11,139 nt of DNA from a virus, in the IMG/VR virus record IMGVR_UViG_3300045988_158900; one strand, given 5' to 3'. Below are positions 1-7,076 of the stretch, piece after piece. The notes under the pieces were generated by a model that did no database searches, had not been told where the DNA came from, and was given only the letters and a program-made list of their open reading frames with translations. A program made the translations under genes and the position numbers. Each line of letters begins with the position of its first letter. The first letter of the stretch is position 1.

Positions 1-3
1 AAT

Positions 4-45
4 TTATAATATAATATATATATAAGATGAAGAAAGGAAATGATA
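4..45 (+). promoter_or_regulatory. AT-rich promoter/5'UTR cassette (TTATAATATAATATATATATAAG...AAAGGAAA) upstream of ORF 50-1789. Any -35 would lie outside the window.
   Basis: Same cassette recurs at 1829-1860 and 3329-3360 (TATATAATAT(A/T)TATA...TAAG...AAAGGAAG). It contains TATAAT-like hexamers and an AAGGAA Shine-Dalgarno-like element 9-10 nt before the ATG at 50. Confidence 0.4.
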
Positions 46-49
46 CAAA

Positions 50-1789
50 ATGAATCTGTATGACGCCCTGACTACGGAAGATATTGACCTGATTCGTGCT
101 TACATTGAGGCATATGGCGGCAAGAATGATGAGTATGATGCAACTGGCTGTTGTGTTCAGTCTATGCCGAACACGATGGCGCCGTGGGCAGAGGCTAAGG
201 AGCGTCTTTATACGATGTTCGGTGAGCAGCTTGTTCTGAGGAAGTCCTTTAACTTCTCTAAGGGCGTCGATGAGTTGGCCGATGAAATCAATGATGCTCG
301 TTATCGCAGAGATGGCAACGGTATCTCTGAGATGGACACTTTGATTCGTGAAAATTTCTGGCCTCGGAATATTTATTCCGCTCTGGGTCTGGATGATGAC
401 CAGGCGGATAATATTACTCGTCTGGTTGACTCCTATATACTGGCTAATAATTCTTGGAGCCGCACTGAGTTCACTGTGAATGGCGTTCGTGTGAATACTG
501 GTGCTAAGGCTGTGAAGATTCTGGGTAAGATTCTCGCCACTTTTGAGAATCCTGAGTGGAACGAAATCTTTGAGCAGTTCCGTCTGGAACATTCTCGTAT
601 TCTCAATCAGAAGAAGCTGACCGGTGAACTGTGCCTGTCTATTCACCCTCTGGATTTTATGACAATGAGCGATAATAACGAGGGCTGGGACAGCTGTATG
701 AGCTGGCAGGCTTGCGGTGATTATCGTCAGGGCACCGTAGAGATGATGAACTCTCCTTGTGTCGTGGTGGCGTATCTGCGGAATCCTGACTATGAGATGG
801 ATATTCCCGACGGCCATTGGAACAGCAAGAAGTGGCGTTGTCTGTTTGTTGTTGACCGCGATGTTATTGTTAATATTCGTGAGTATCCCTATTGTAATGA
901 TGAACTGGTGGGCGAGTGCCTGAATTGGTTGAAGAGCCTGGCCGAGAAGAATCTCCATTACCAGTATCGTGATACTACCTGTCGATATCGCGCAGATCGC
1001 GAGAACACTGTTCAGGTTGGCGAGAAGAAAATTCCTGTGAATTTTTTTACTGGTCATATGTATAACGATTTCCGTTTTGAGCATCTGATGTATCTGAATG
1101 CCGCTCTGCCGGATAAGATTGACATTTATTACTCTGGTGTGAGTGAGTGCCTGGGTTGCGGTAAGACTTCCAGCGGCTATGATGAAAGCCTCCTGAGTTC
1201 TAATGATTTGATTTGTCATAGCTGTAATGGCGATGGCGAGTGCGAAGAGTGCGGTCGTTATTGCGATGCTGAGGAATTGTATGAGGTTGAGGGCCATTTG
1301 ATTTGTCAGGATTGCTATGATAACGAGACTGCTGAGTGCCCCGTTTGTCAGCGTGAGGTTGACCTCCACAATGAAAAGTGTGAGAATTGGCGCGACCAAT
1401 TACCTGACCCTGAGCGCCATTTCATCCGTAGCGATAATACATTTGAAATCGCGTTCAATAACTATATCACTCATCTCCACTTTGATACTCTGTGTGAGTG
1501 TTGTGCTAAGAAGATTCGTTCTGGCGAAATCAAGGATTACGGCCCCGTTGAGCAGTTTGTTGATAAGTGGAACATTTCTCATACTTATCTGGATTTGGAG
1601 AAGATGACTGAGGACGCTGTTCAGGACATTATTCCTTGGAATGATAAGGGCTGGATGGAGCACCGCAGAGACAATCCTAACCGCAGTTGGGTAAGTCTCA
1701 AAACAGGATATTGCGATTTTGATAAGGGTTATTTCATTGATGAAGAGGGGAACGAAATCGAAAATCCTCGCAAAATTTTCTTCTCCTAA
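50..1789 (+). CDS. Hypothetical protein (579 aa), paralog of ORF 4411-5874. It has a conserved HPLD/SC/WNSKKWRC/YPY core and a C-terminal zinc-ribbon-like region with multiple CxxC pairs.
   Basis: Long uninterrupted ORF with an ATG preceded by AAAGGAAA, ending in TAA. Shares blocks with ORF 4411-5874: SIHPLDFMTMSD vs SVHPLDYLSLSE, DSCMSW vs RSCHAL, WNSKKWRCLFVVD vs WNSKKWRCLGFLAD, REYPYCND vs GRPYPYEA. C-terminus: CLGCG...CHSCNGDGECEECGRYC...CQDC...CPVCQ...CECC. Family not recognised by me. Confidence 0.8.
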   Translation: MNLYDALTTEDIDLIRAYIEAYGGKNDEYDATGCCVQSMPNTMAPWAEAKERLYTMFGEQLVLRKSFNFSKGVDELADEINDARYRRDGNGISEMDTLIRENFWPRNIYSALGLDDDQADNITRLVDSYILANNSWSRTEFTVNGVRVNTGAKAVKILGKILATFENPEWNEIFEQFRLEHSRILNQKKLTGELCLSIHPLDFMTMSDNNEGWDSCMSWQACGDYRQGTVEMMNSPCVVVAYLRNPDYEMDIPDGHWNSKKWRCLFVVDRDVIVNIREYPYCNDELVGECLNWLKSLAEKNLHYQYRDTTCRYRADRENTVQVGEKKIPVNFFTGHMYNDFRFEHLMYLNAALPDKIDIYYSGVSECLGCGKTSSGYDESLLSSNDLICHSCNGDGECEECGRYCDAEELYEVEGHLICQDCYDNETAECPVCQREVDLHNEKCENWRDQLPDPERHFIRSDNTFEIAFNNYITHLHFDTLCECCAKKIRSGEIKDYGPVEQFVDKWNISHTYLDLEKMTEDAVQDIIPWNDKGWMEHRRDNPNRSWVSLKTGYCDFDKGYFIDEEGNEIENPRKIFFS

Positions 1790-1809
1790 CTGGTTCAATA
1801 TAAAGTATT

Positions 1810-1838
1810 TTGATTTTTTTAAAAAAAAATTATATAAT
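1810..1838 (+). promoter_or_regulatory. sigma70-like promoter: TTGATT (-35, 1810-1815), 17-nt spacer, TATAAT (-10, 1833-1838). It sits inside the conserved TTATATAATATATAT cassette (1829-1860).
   Basis: Hexamers read directly: 4/6 match at -35, 6/6 at -10, 17-bp spacer. Downstream GTAAGG-N10-CCTTAC small hairpin (1845-1866), then RBS AAAGAGG before the ATG at 1901. Confidence 0.45.
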
Positions 1839-1900
1839 ATATATGTAAGGTAAAGGAAGACCTTACAACAAAAATAAATTTTTGAAAGAGGTATACAAAT

Positions 1901-2308
1901 ATGAAGACTACCGATCGCACCACTAAGCGTGATTTTTATGAGGCTATTATCAAGGCTATGGAGACTGGCGAGACTGATGTCGAGCCCACCAAGATTATCG
2001 AGTTCTGTGAGAACGAGATTGCCCTGCTGGACAAGAAGGCCGATAAGGCTAAGGAGCGCGCCGCTGCTAAGAAGGCCGAGGCTGACGAGCTGATGGATAA
2101 GGTGTATGCCGTCCTGAGCGATACCGAGTTTATGACTCGTAATGCTGTGATGGATGCTCTGGGTGATATGCCTGAGGATGTGACCATCGCTAAGGTCGGC
2201 GCTCGCCTGACTAAGTTGGTCGGGGCTGAGAAGGTCGAGAAGGCTGAGCAGACCGTGGCTAATGCCGAGGGCAAGAAGTCCAAGGTTATGGGCTACCGCA
2301 AGATTTAA
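1901..2308 (+). CDS. Hypothetical small protein (135 aa), Glu/Lys/Ala-rich and probably helical.
   Basis: ATG with RBS GAAAGAGG 7 nt upstream; TAA stop; followed by a strong terminator. Composition KKADKAKERAAAKKAEADELMDKV. Net charge is about neutral (about 25 K/R vs about 27 D/E), so I do not call it histone-like. Confidence 0.75.
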   Translation: MKTTDRTTKRDFYEAIIKAMETGETDVEPTKIIEFCENEIALLDKKADKAKERAAAKKAEADELMDKVYAVLSDTEFMTRNAVMDALGDMPEDVTIAKVGARLTKLVGAEKVEKAEQTVANAEGKKSKVMGYRKI

Positions 2309-2328
2309 TCAAAATACTCTGATTCTTG

Positions 2329-2366
2329 AATGAGGTTAGGATTTAATTCCTAACCTCATTTTTCTA
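2329..2366 (+). terminator. Rho-independent terminator: perfect 13-bp stem AATGAGGTTAGGA / TCCTAACCTCATT with loop TTTAAT, followed by TTTTTCT.
   Basis: Inverted repeat 2329-2341 / 2348-2360 is exactly complementary. The T-run follows immediately. It lies 21 nt after the stop of ORF 1901-2308. Confidence 0.7.
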
Positions 2367-2447
2367 TGGGTCTGCTCCGGGCGAGGTCGGGGGCAAAGAC
2401 CGAAAACCCAAATCAAAATATGGCTTACTAATTTTTCAATCAATTTA

Positions 2448-2476
2448 TTGACATATATTAAAAAATATGCTATAAT
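2448..2476 (+). promoter_or_regulatory. Consensus sigma70 promoter: TTGACA (2448-2453), 17-nt spacer, TATAAT (2471-2476).
   Basis: Both hexamers 6/6 with optimal 17-bp spacing. RBS AAAAGGA 2485-2491. ATG at 2501. Confidence 0.6.
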
Positions 2477-2500
2477 AAAAACAAAAAAGGATTTATTATA

Positions 2501-3313
2501 ATGAGATATTGTTTGAAATATATAAAAAATCAATATATCCAAGAGGCTGATGAAATTCTATTCGCAGATAATCATGGTGATGATATGATTGACGCAATAG
2601 AACAATATCCTCACGCAGATTTTATTTATGAGGTTGTTGATGAGCCTGATTGGGATTATTTAAAAATGATTAATAGTAAATTAAATGAAACTGGTCGGCG
2701 ATTAATCATTTCTACTCTTTATTCTATAATTGCCCAAGAGGCAAAAGAAAATGGATTGGCGTTTTATTTTTCATTTGCGATTAACAATTTCGCAGATTTA
2801 CAAGCTGTGTGTGAATTAGGCGCTTGTTATGCGCTTATTACGGCTCCAATCTTTTTCGAGCAGGATAAATTGGAAAAATTTTCCATTCCACTTCGCTATC
2901 GTGCCAATGTCGCATATAGTGGTAATTTGACTACAAAACGCGTAAATGCGAATGCGGCGTTTATTCGTCCTGAGGATGTAGACCTTTATGATTATGATAC
3001 AACAACCATTGAGTTTGGCGCAACCCATACTGAACAAGAAGAGGTTTTATATCGTTTATATAAATATAATAAGTGTTGGCCGGGCGATTTGAATATGGTA
3101 ATTACAACTCTTAATGTCGTGCCCGCACCGATGAATCGAATGATTGGGCCAGACTTCGGCAAGCATAGATTGAACTGCGGCCAACGATGCGTAGAAGGCG
3201 ATACTCTTCAATGCCATTTGTGTTTTAATCAAATGACATTAGCAAATCCGTCAAAAATTAAGGATTATATAGACAATGTAATTTTACCAGTTAGACAAGA
3301 AAAGATAAATTGA
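2501..3313 (+). CDS. Hypothetical protein (270 aa) with a C-terminal Cys cluster (CGQRC...CHLC).
   Basis: Uninterrupted ORF. ATG preceded by a consensus promoter and AAGGA RBS. TGA stop. More AT-rich than its neighbours. No family recognised. Confidence 0.75.
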   Translation: MRYCLKYIKNQYIQEADEILFADNHGDDMIDAIEQYPHADFIYEVVDEPDWDYLKMINSKLNETGRRLIISTLYSIIAQEAKENGLAFYFSFAINNFADLQAVCELGACYALITAPIFFEQDKLEKFSIPLRYRANVAYSGNLTTKRVNANAAFIRPEDVDLYDYDTTTIEFGATHTEQEEVLYRLYKYNKCWPGDLNMVITTLNVVPAPMNRMIGPDFGKHRLNCGQRCVEGDTLQCHLCFNQMTLANPSKIKDYIDNVILPVRQEKIN

Positions 3314-3338
3314 CAATTTTATTTAAATATTATATAAT
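3310..3338 (+). promoter_or_regulatory. Consensus sigma70 promoter: TTGACA (3310-3315, overlapping the TGA stop of the upstream gene), 17-nt spacer, TATAAT (3333-3338). It is embedded in the conserved TATATAATAT...TAAG AAAGGAAG cassette (3329-3360).
   Basis: Hexamers 6/6 and 6/6, spacer 17. The RBS AAGGAAG inside the cassette lies 7 nt before the ATG at 3371. Confidence 0.6.
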
Positions 3339-3370
3339 ATTTATATAAAATAAGAAAGGAAGATTGATAG

Positions 3371-4411
3371 ATGCGAGTGATGAAAGACTCTGAGTATCTA
3401 GCATTTAAGCAGTTAGCCAAGCTTACTCAAGACCAAATGATTAGGGCTATGCGTGCGGTGTTAGAGGCTCGTTATACAGATATTATCGCAACAAAGGAAT
3501 ATATTGTAGCCAAGGGAGATATTCCTATCGGATTGGTTGCCCATATGGATACAGTGTTTCCGCTTCCTCCTACTGAAATTTATTATGATACTACACAGAA
3601 TGTTGTGTGGAGTCCGCAGGGTCTTGGAGCTGATGACCGCGCTGGTATATTCGCGATTCTTCAGATTCTGAAGACTACAAAATTGCGTCCGCATATTATT
3701 TTGACAACTGATGAAGAGAAGGGTGGATGGGGCGCGTACGCCCTTGTTGAACAGCATCCCGATTTTCCGTTTGGTGATTTGAAATATCTGATTCAGTTGG
3801 ACCGCCAGGGCGCGAATGATTGTGTGTTTTATGATGGTATCAATGAAGATTTTATTCGTTATGTATCTTCTTTTGGTTTCGTAGAGCATATTGGTTCATT
3901 CAGCGATATTAGTATTCTGTGTCCATTCTGGGATGTGTGCGGCGTCAATCTTTCTGTCGGTTATAAAAATGAGCATAGTCTCATTGAAACATTAAATATT
4001 AGCCATTTGTTCGATACCATCCAAAAGGTGAAGAGAATGTTGATGGTGAAGGAAATTCCTGATTTTGAGTGGAAGGAAAAATATTATCCTTATTTCACTA
4101 ATGGGTATCCTTTGGATGATGACATTGATGAATATAGCGCGGCTTATGGCTATAATTGGGTAAATGATAGACGTTCTGTTGATGCTTATACGGTAATTTG
4201 TCATAATTGTAAGAAGCCGTTTTATAATTATGAGACATTCCCCACTAAGAAAATCGATGGTGGAACTATGTTCTTGTGCCCCGATTGTGTGGGCGACCAT
4301 GCTAATTGGTGCGATTGTTGTGGCGAAGCATTTGAGCGCACACCGGAAAACGCCGGGGCCACTCTTTGCCCTGACTGTGCGAAAATTGAGAAGATTAAGG
4401 TTAAAGGTTAA
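3371..4411 (+). CDS. Metallopeptidase-like protein: a clan MH (M42/M20/M28-like) domain fused to a C-terminal four-CxxC zinc ribbon.
   Basis: Motifs in the order expected for co-catalytic zinc peptidases: VAHMDTV (H-x-D), GADDRAGIFAIL (DDRAG, as in M42/M20), TTDEEKGGWGA (the Glu-Glu pair). C-terminus: CHNCKK...CPDC...CDCC...CPDC. The TAA stop overlaps the next ATG (TAATG at 4409-4413). Confidence 0.55.
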   Translation: MRVMKDSEYLAFKQLAKLTQDQMIRAMRAVLEARYTDIIATKEYIVAKGDIPIGLVAHMDTVFPLPPTEIYYDTTQNVVWSPQGLGADDRAGIFAILQILKTTKLRPHIILTTDEEKGGWGAYALVEQHPDFPFGDLKYLIQLDRQGANDCVFYDGINEDFIRYVSSFGFVEHIGSFSDISILCPFWDVCGVNLSVGYKNEHSLIETLNISHLFDTIQKVKRMLMVKEIPDFEWKEKYYPYFTNGYPLDDDIDEYSAAYGYNWVNDRRSVDAYTVICHNCKKPFYNYETFPTKKIDGGTMFLCPDCVGDHANWCDCCGEAFERTPENAGATLCPDCAKIEKIKVKG

Positions 4412-5874
4412 TGAAGAGTTATAATTTAGATGAACTAAAGCAGCAAGTTAAACACGTATTAGAGTATAGTCAGGGTATTTATGATGTGAGTGAAGCCGCT
4501 CTTGATAATATGATGAATGAATGGGAGCGCAATAAAGCGCAATTCATTAATAATTTTATGGGCGGTAAACTCATTGTGGAACTGCCGGGCAAGCGCTTCT
4601 TCCATCTGGGAGAGAAGGCAAAACTCAAGAAATATAATGATTTCTTGGATTATGTTGCTCTGCGAATAAATAATTATGAGTTATGCCGATTTATCGAAAC
4701 GCAGGGTGAAGAAGGATTCTATGAGAATACCGTAAAAACTGGTTGGGACCATACTAAGAGTAATACATTTATTTCGCCGGGTTCTAAACTAATACGAGCA
4801 TTTAAATATTTTATTGAAGATAAGGATTTGCTGGAAACTGTTCAAAATGAGGCCAGTCGTATTATTCAAGGAGACTGTATTGAGGGCATTCTTTGTATAT
4901 CAGTCCATCCCCTTGATTACCTCAGCTTAAGCGAAACTACATATAACTGGCGTTCTTGCCACGCTCTTGATGGTGAATATCGCGCTGGTAATTTGAGTTA
5001 TTTGATGGATGGTAGTACATTTATCTGTTATTTAAGAGGCGATGATAAACAAAACCTCCCTTCATTTCCCGATGATTTACTCTGGAATAGTAAGAAGTGG
5101 CGTTGTTTGGGCTTCTTGGCTGATGATGAAAATGGTATCATTATGGGCCGTCCATATCCTTATGAAGCCGCAGATATTATTGATGAACTTCGTTGGGAAG
5201 TGTTTAATAGAGAATGGAATTTGGGCCTTGGTAGTTGGCGCGCAGACGCCATTCGTTCGGTTCAAGACCGCTTAACTAACTGGGATGAAGATTTAAGTCG
5301 TACTTATATCCCTTGGAATGGCCGTCTTGTAGAACTTGATAAAACTGTTCATGACTGTCCAAGTCCTACTCATTATAATGATATTCTTTTATCCAGTTGT
5401 TATTTGCCTATTTATGCTCGTGGTAAAGGATATTTTGGTAAGAATGATTGGAAGAAGGTTCAGTATCATATTGGACATTCAGTAATGTGTATCCATTGTA
5501 ATTCTGAGTATGTATCTCCTGGTGATGGCACAATGATGTGTCGTTCTTGTGAGATTAGATATGGCAATTCTGACAGTGATAATATTGTTTATTGTGAGAA
5601 TTGCGGTTGTCGTTTATGGTATGAAGATGCAATTGTTGTTGGAGATAATGGAAATTATCTTTGTAGTGAGTGCGCCAGTAGAATCACCAAAACTTGTAGA
5701 GATTGCGGTAATCCATATTACATTGATGATTTAACATATCACAAAGACGATGAAGATGAAAACGGCGGATATTATCTGTGTGGATGGTGCGAACAAGATA
5801 GACAGGACACGGAAGAAATCGCAGAAAATGAATCTTCTACTACTACCATCAGTTTTGATGAATTTGATCTGTAG
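4411..5874 (+). CDS. Hypothetical protein (487 aa), paralog of ORF 50-1789, with a C-terminal multi-CxxC zinc-ribbon region.
   Basis: Start codon overlaps the upstream stop, suggesting translational coupling. Shares the HPLD / SC / WNSKKWRC / YPY core with ORF 50-1789. C-terminus: CIHCN...CRSCE...CENCGC...CSECA...CRDCG...CGWCE. It ends at TAG, the only TAG terminator in the window (see findings). Confidence 0.8.
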   Translation: MKSYNLDELKQQVKHVLEYSQGIYDVSEAALDNMMNEWERNKAQFINNFMGGKLIVELPGKRFFHLGEKAKLKKYNDFLDYVALRINNYELCRFIETQGEEGFYENTVKTGWDHTKSNTFISPGSKLIRAFKYFIEDKDLLETVQNEASRIIQGDCIEGILCISVHPLDYLSLSETTYNWRSCHALDGEYRAGNLSYLMDGSTFICYLRGDDKQNLPSFPDDLLWNSKKWRCLGFLADDENGIIMGRPYPYEAADIIDELRWEVFNREWNLGLGSWRADAIRSVQDRLTNWDEDLSRTYIPWNGRLVELDKTVHDCPSPTHYNDILLSSCYLPIYARGKGYFGKNDWKKVQYHIGHSVMCIHCNSEYVSPGDGTMMCRSCEIRYGNSDSDNIVYCENCGCRLWYEDAIVVGDNGNYLCSECASRITKTCRDCGNPYYIDDLTYHKDDEDENGGYYLCGWCEQDRQDTEEIAENESSTTTISFDEFDL

Positions 5875-5992
5875 TCATTAAATACAAGACCTATATATTA
5901 TATACACGATGAAAATGGCGAATGGATACCTATTACGCGAGTGCGTCAAATACCTCCGCCAGAACGTGAGTAATTATTTAAATATTTAAGGA

Positions 5993-6292
5993 GTGATTAT
6001 TATAGCACGCGGAAGTATTGCTAAGGAAAATGTCGCTAAAGTGCTTGCTGAGTCATTCGGTAAGGACTGGATTGGCGAGTCTGATAAGAAGTATTATGTT
6101 TGGGCTAATGATGGCGGTGAACGCGTTCAAATCGCTATTAGTCTGACCTGCCCAAAGAATCCAGTAGGAGCAGCAGTATCTCCTACAAGCAATGAAATCA
6201 ATTTTGAGGCTGAGCCTGAGAGACCTGTAATGGAGATTACTCCTGATGAACAGGAAATGATTGAGAGACTTAAGGCTGAATTGAATCTTTAA
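5993..6292 (+). CDS. Possible small hypothetical protein (99 aa). The start is uncertain: GTG at 5993 overlaps the AAGGAG RBS, and the true start may be a downstream non-ATG codon.
   Basis: Open frame with moderate GC and coding-like composition, followed by a hairpin terminator. There is no in-frame ATG near the RBS. Confidence 0.4.
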   Translation: MIIIARGSIAKENVAKVLAESFGKDWIGESDKKYYVWANDGGERVQIAISLTCPKNPVGAAVSPTSNEINFEAEPERPVMEITPDEQEMIERLKAELNL

Positions 6293-6297
6293 TATAA

Positions 6298-6331
6298 TGA
6301 GATAAGTCATTTGACTTATCTCATTTTTTTT
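6298..6331 (+). terminator. Rho-independent terminator: 12-bp inverted repeat TGAGATAAGTCA / TGACTTATCTCA followed by an 8-T run.
   Basis: Arms 6298-6309 and 6312-6323 are exact reverse complements. T-run 6324-6331. Overlaps the -35 of the next promoter. Confidence 0.6.
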
Positions 6332-6339
6332 GTTATAAT
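6311..6339 (+). promoter_or_regulatory. sigma70 promoter with extended -10: TTGACT (6311-6316), 17-nt spacer, TGtTATAAT (TG 6331-6332, TATAAT 6334-6339). Probable promoter of the TAG-recoded operon.
   Basis: Hexamers 5/6 and 6/6, spacer 17, TGn extension. RBS AAGGAG 6359-6364. ATG at 6372. Confidence 0.55.
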
Positions 6340-6371
6340 TTAAATAGAATTAGATTATAAGGAGATTTAAA

Positions 6372-7073
6372 ATGTATAATCAAATTATTGAAGAATTAGA
6401 AGCTCTTAAATAGCATTTTGATGATGAAGATATTGTATCATATCAATTACTCTTAATTAAAATTAAGAAAATTATTGATTTAATTAATGATAAACAACTT
6501 GAGGAAGCAGATAAAAGCAAATTATCTAATTATATTCGAGATTATTTAGCAAATTTGCATTTAAATAGAATTTTCACAATTTCTGATTTGAATGAATTAT
6601 TTATTCCAGAAGTGAAAGATTTAGATATTGGTAATAAAAATATTTATATTACAATTTTTAATTTATTCGTGGAAGAATTATCTGATGTAGATAACATTTT
6701 TTCTCAAAAACTTAAATATTGTATTACAAATATGATTTCTAGAATTGCTACTTCTGTAGATGAAGCAATGGCCGTAGAAGATAAAACTCAAGAAACTGCA
6801 GTTAATGAACCTGTTCAAATTATTCCAACTATAAATACAGTAAATACTAATTCATTCGATTTGGATATTGATATTACTAATAAAAATTATTTGAAAGAAT
6901 ATATTATGCGTAAAAATTTAAAACCTTATCGATGTGATATTTGTGGATTAAGTTCTTGGCAAAACAATCCTCTTATGCTATATTTATACAGTAAAAATCA
7001 TATTTATTCAAATAAAAATTTAGAAAATTTGATGTTTTTATGCCCTAATTGCTATTCTCAGATTGGAGAGTAA
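6372..7073 (+). CDS. HNH (His-Me finger)-like endonuclease, 233 codons, with one in-frame TAG (6411-6413) read as sense.
   Basis: ATG 7 nt after AGGAG. Frame open to TAA except for the single TAG. C-terminal motif CDIC...NHIYSNKNLENLMFLCPNCY matches the C-x2-C...HI...N...NL..LC-x2-C HNH pattern. Confidence 0.65.
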
Positions 7074-7076
7074 TTT

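Noticed and set aside
1317-1607. Alternative-frame plus ORFs inside large genes (1317-1607, 4230-4424, 5042-5275, 5549-5734)
   Set aside because: Embedded out-of-frame in longer conserved-motif CDSs. Hydrophobic, low-complexity translations.
1400-1798. Minus-strand ORFs overlapping plus-strand genes (1400-1798, 1936-2283, 2816-3037, 3461-3889, 3992-4300, 5077-5265, 6053-6310)
   Set aside because: All lie antisense within longer, motif-supported plus-strand CDSs. They have no RBS or promoter context and low-complexity translations. Typical shadow ORFs.
1901-2308. Histone-like / H1-like DNA-binding call for the E/K/A-rich protein
   Set aside because: K/R count (about 25) is matched by D/E (about 27), giving net charge near zero. 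It lacks the strongly basic character of histone-like proteins, so it is left as hypothetical.
2336-2542. Minus-strand 68-aa ORF spanning terminator, GC island and promoter
   Set aside because: It covers an intergenic region occupied by a terminator hairpin and a consensus promoter on the plus strand. No translation signals.
5909-5989. 26-aa ORF (MKMANGYLLRECVKYLRQNVSNYLNI) in the spacer after ORF 4411-5874
   Set aside because: The ATG is only about 5 nt after a promoter-like motif, there is no RBS, and it is very short. It cannot be distinguished from chance.
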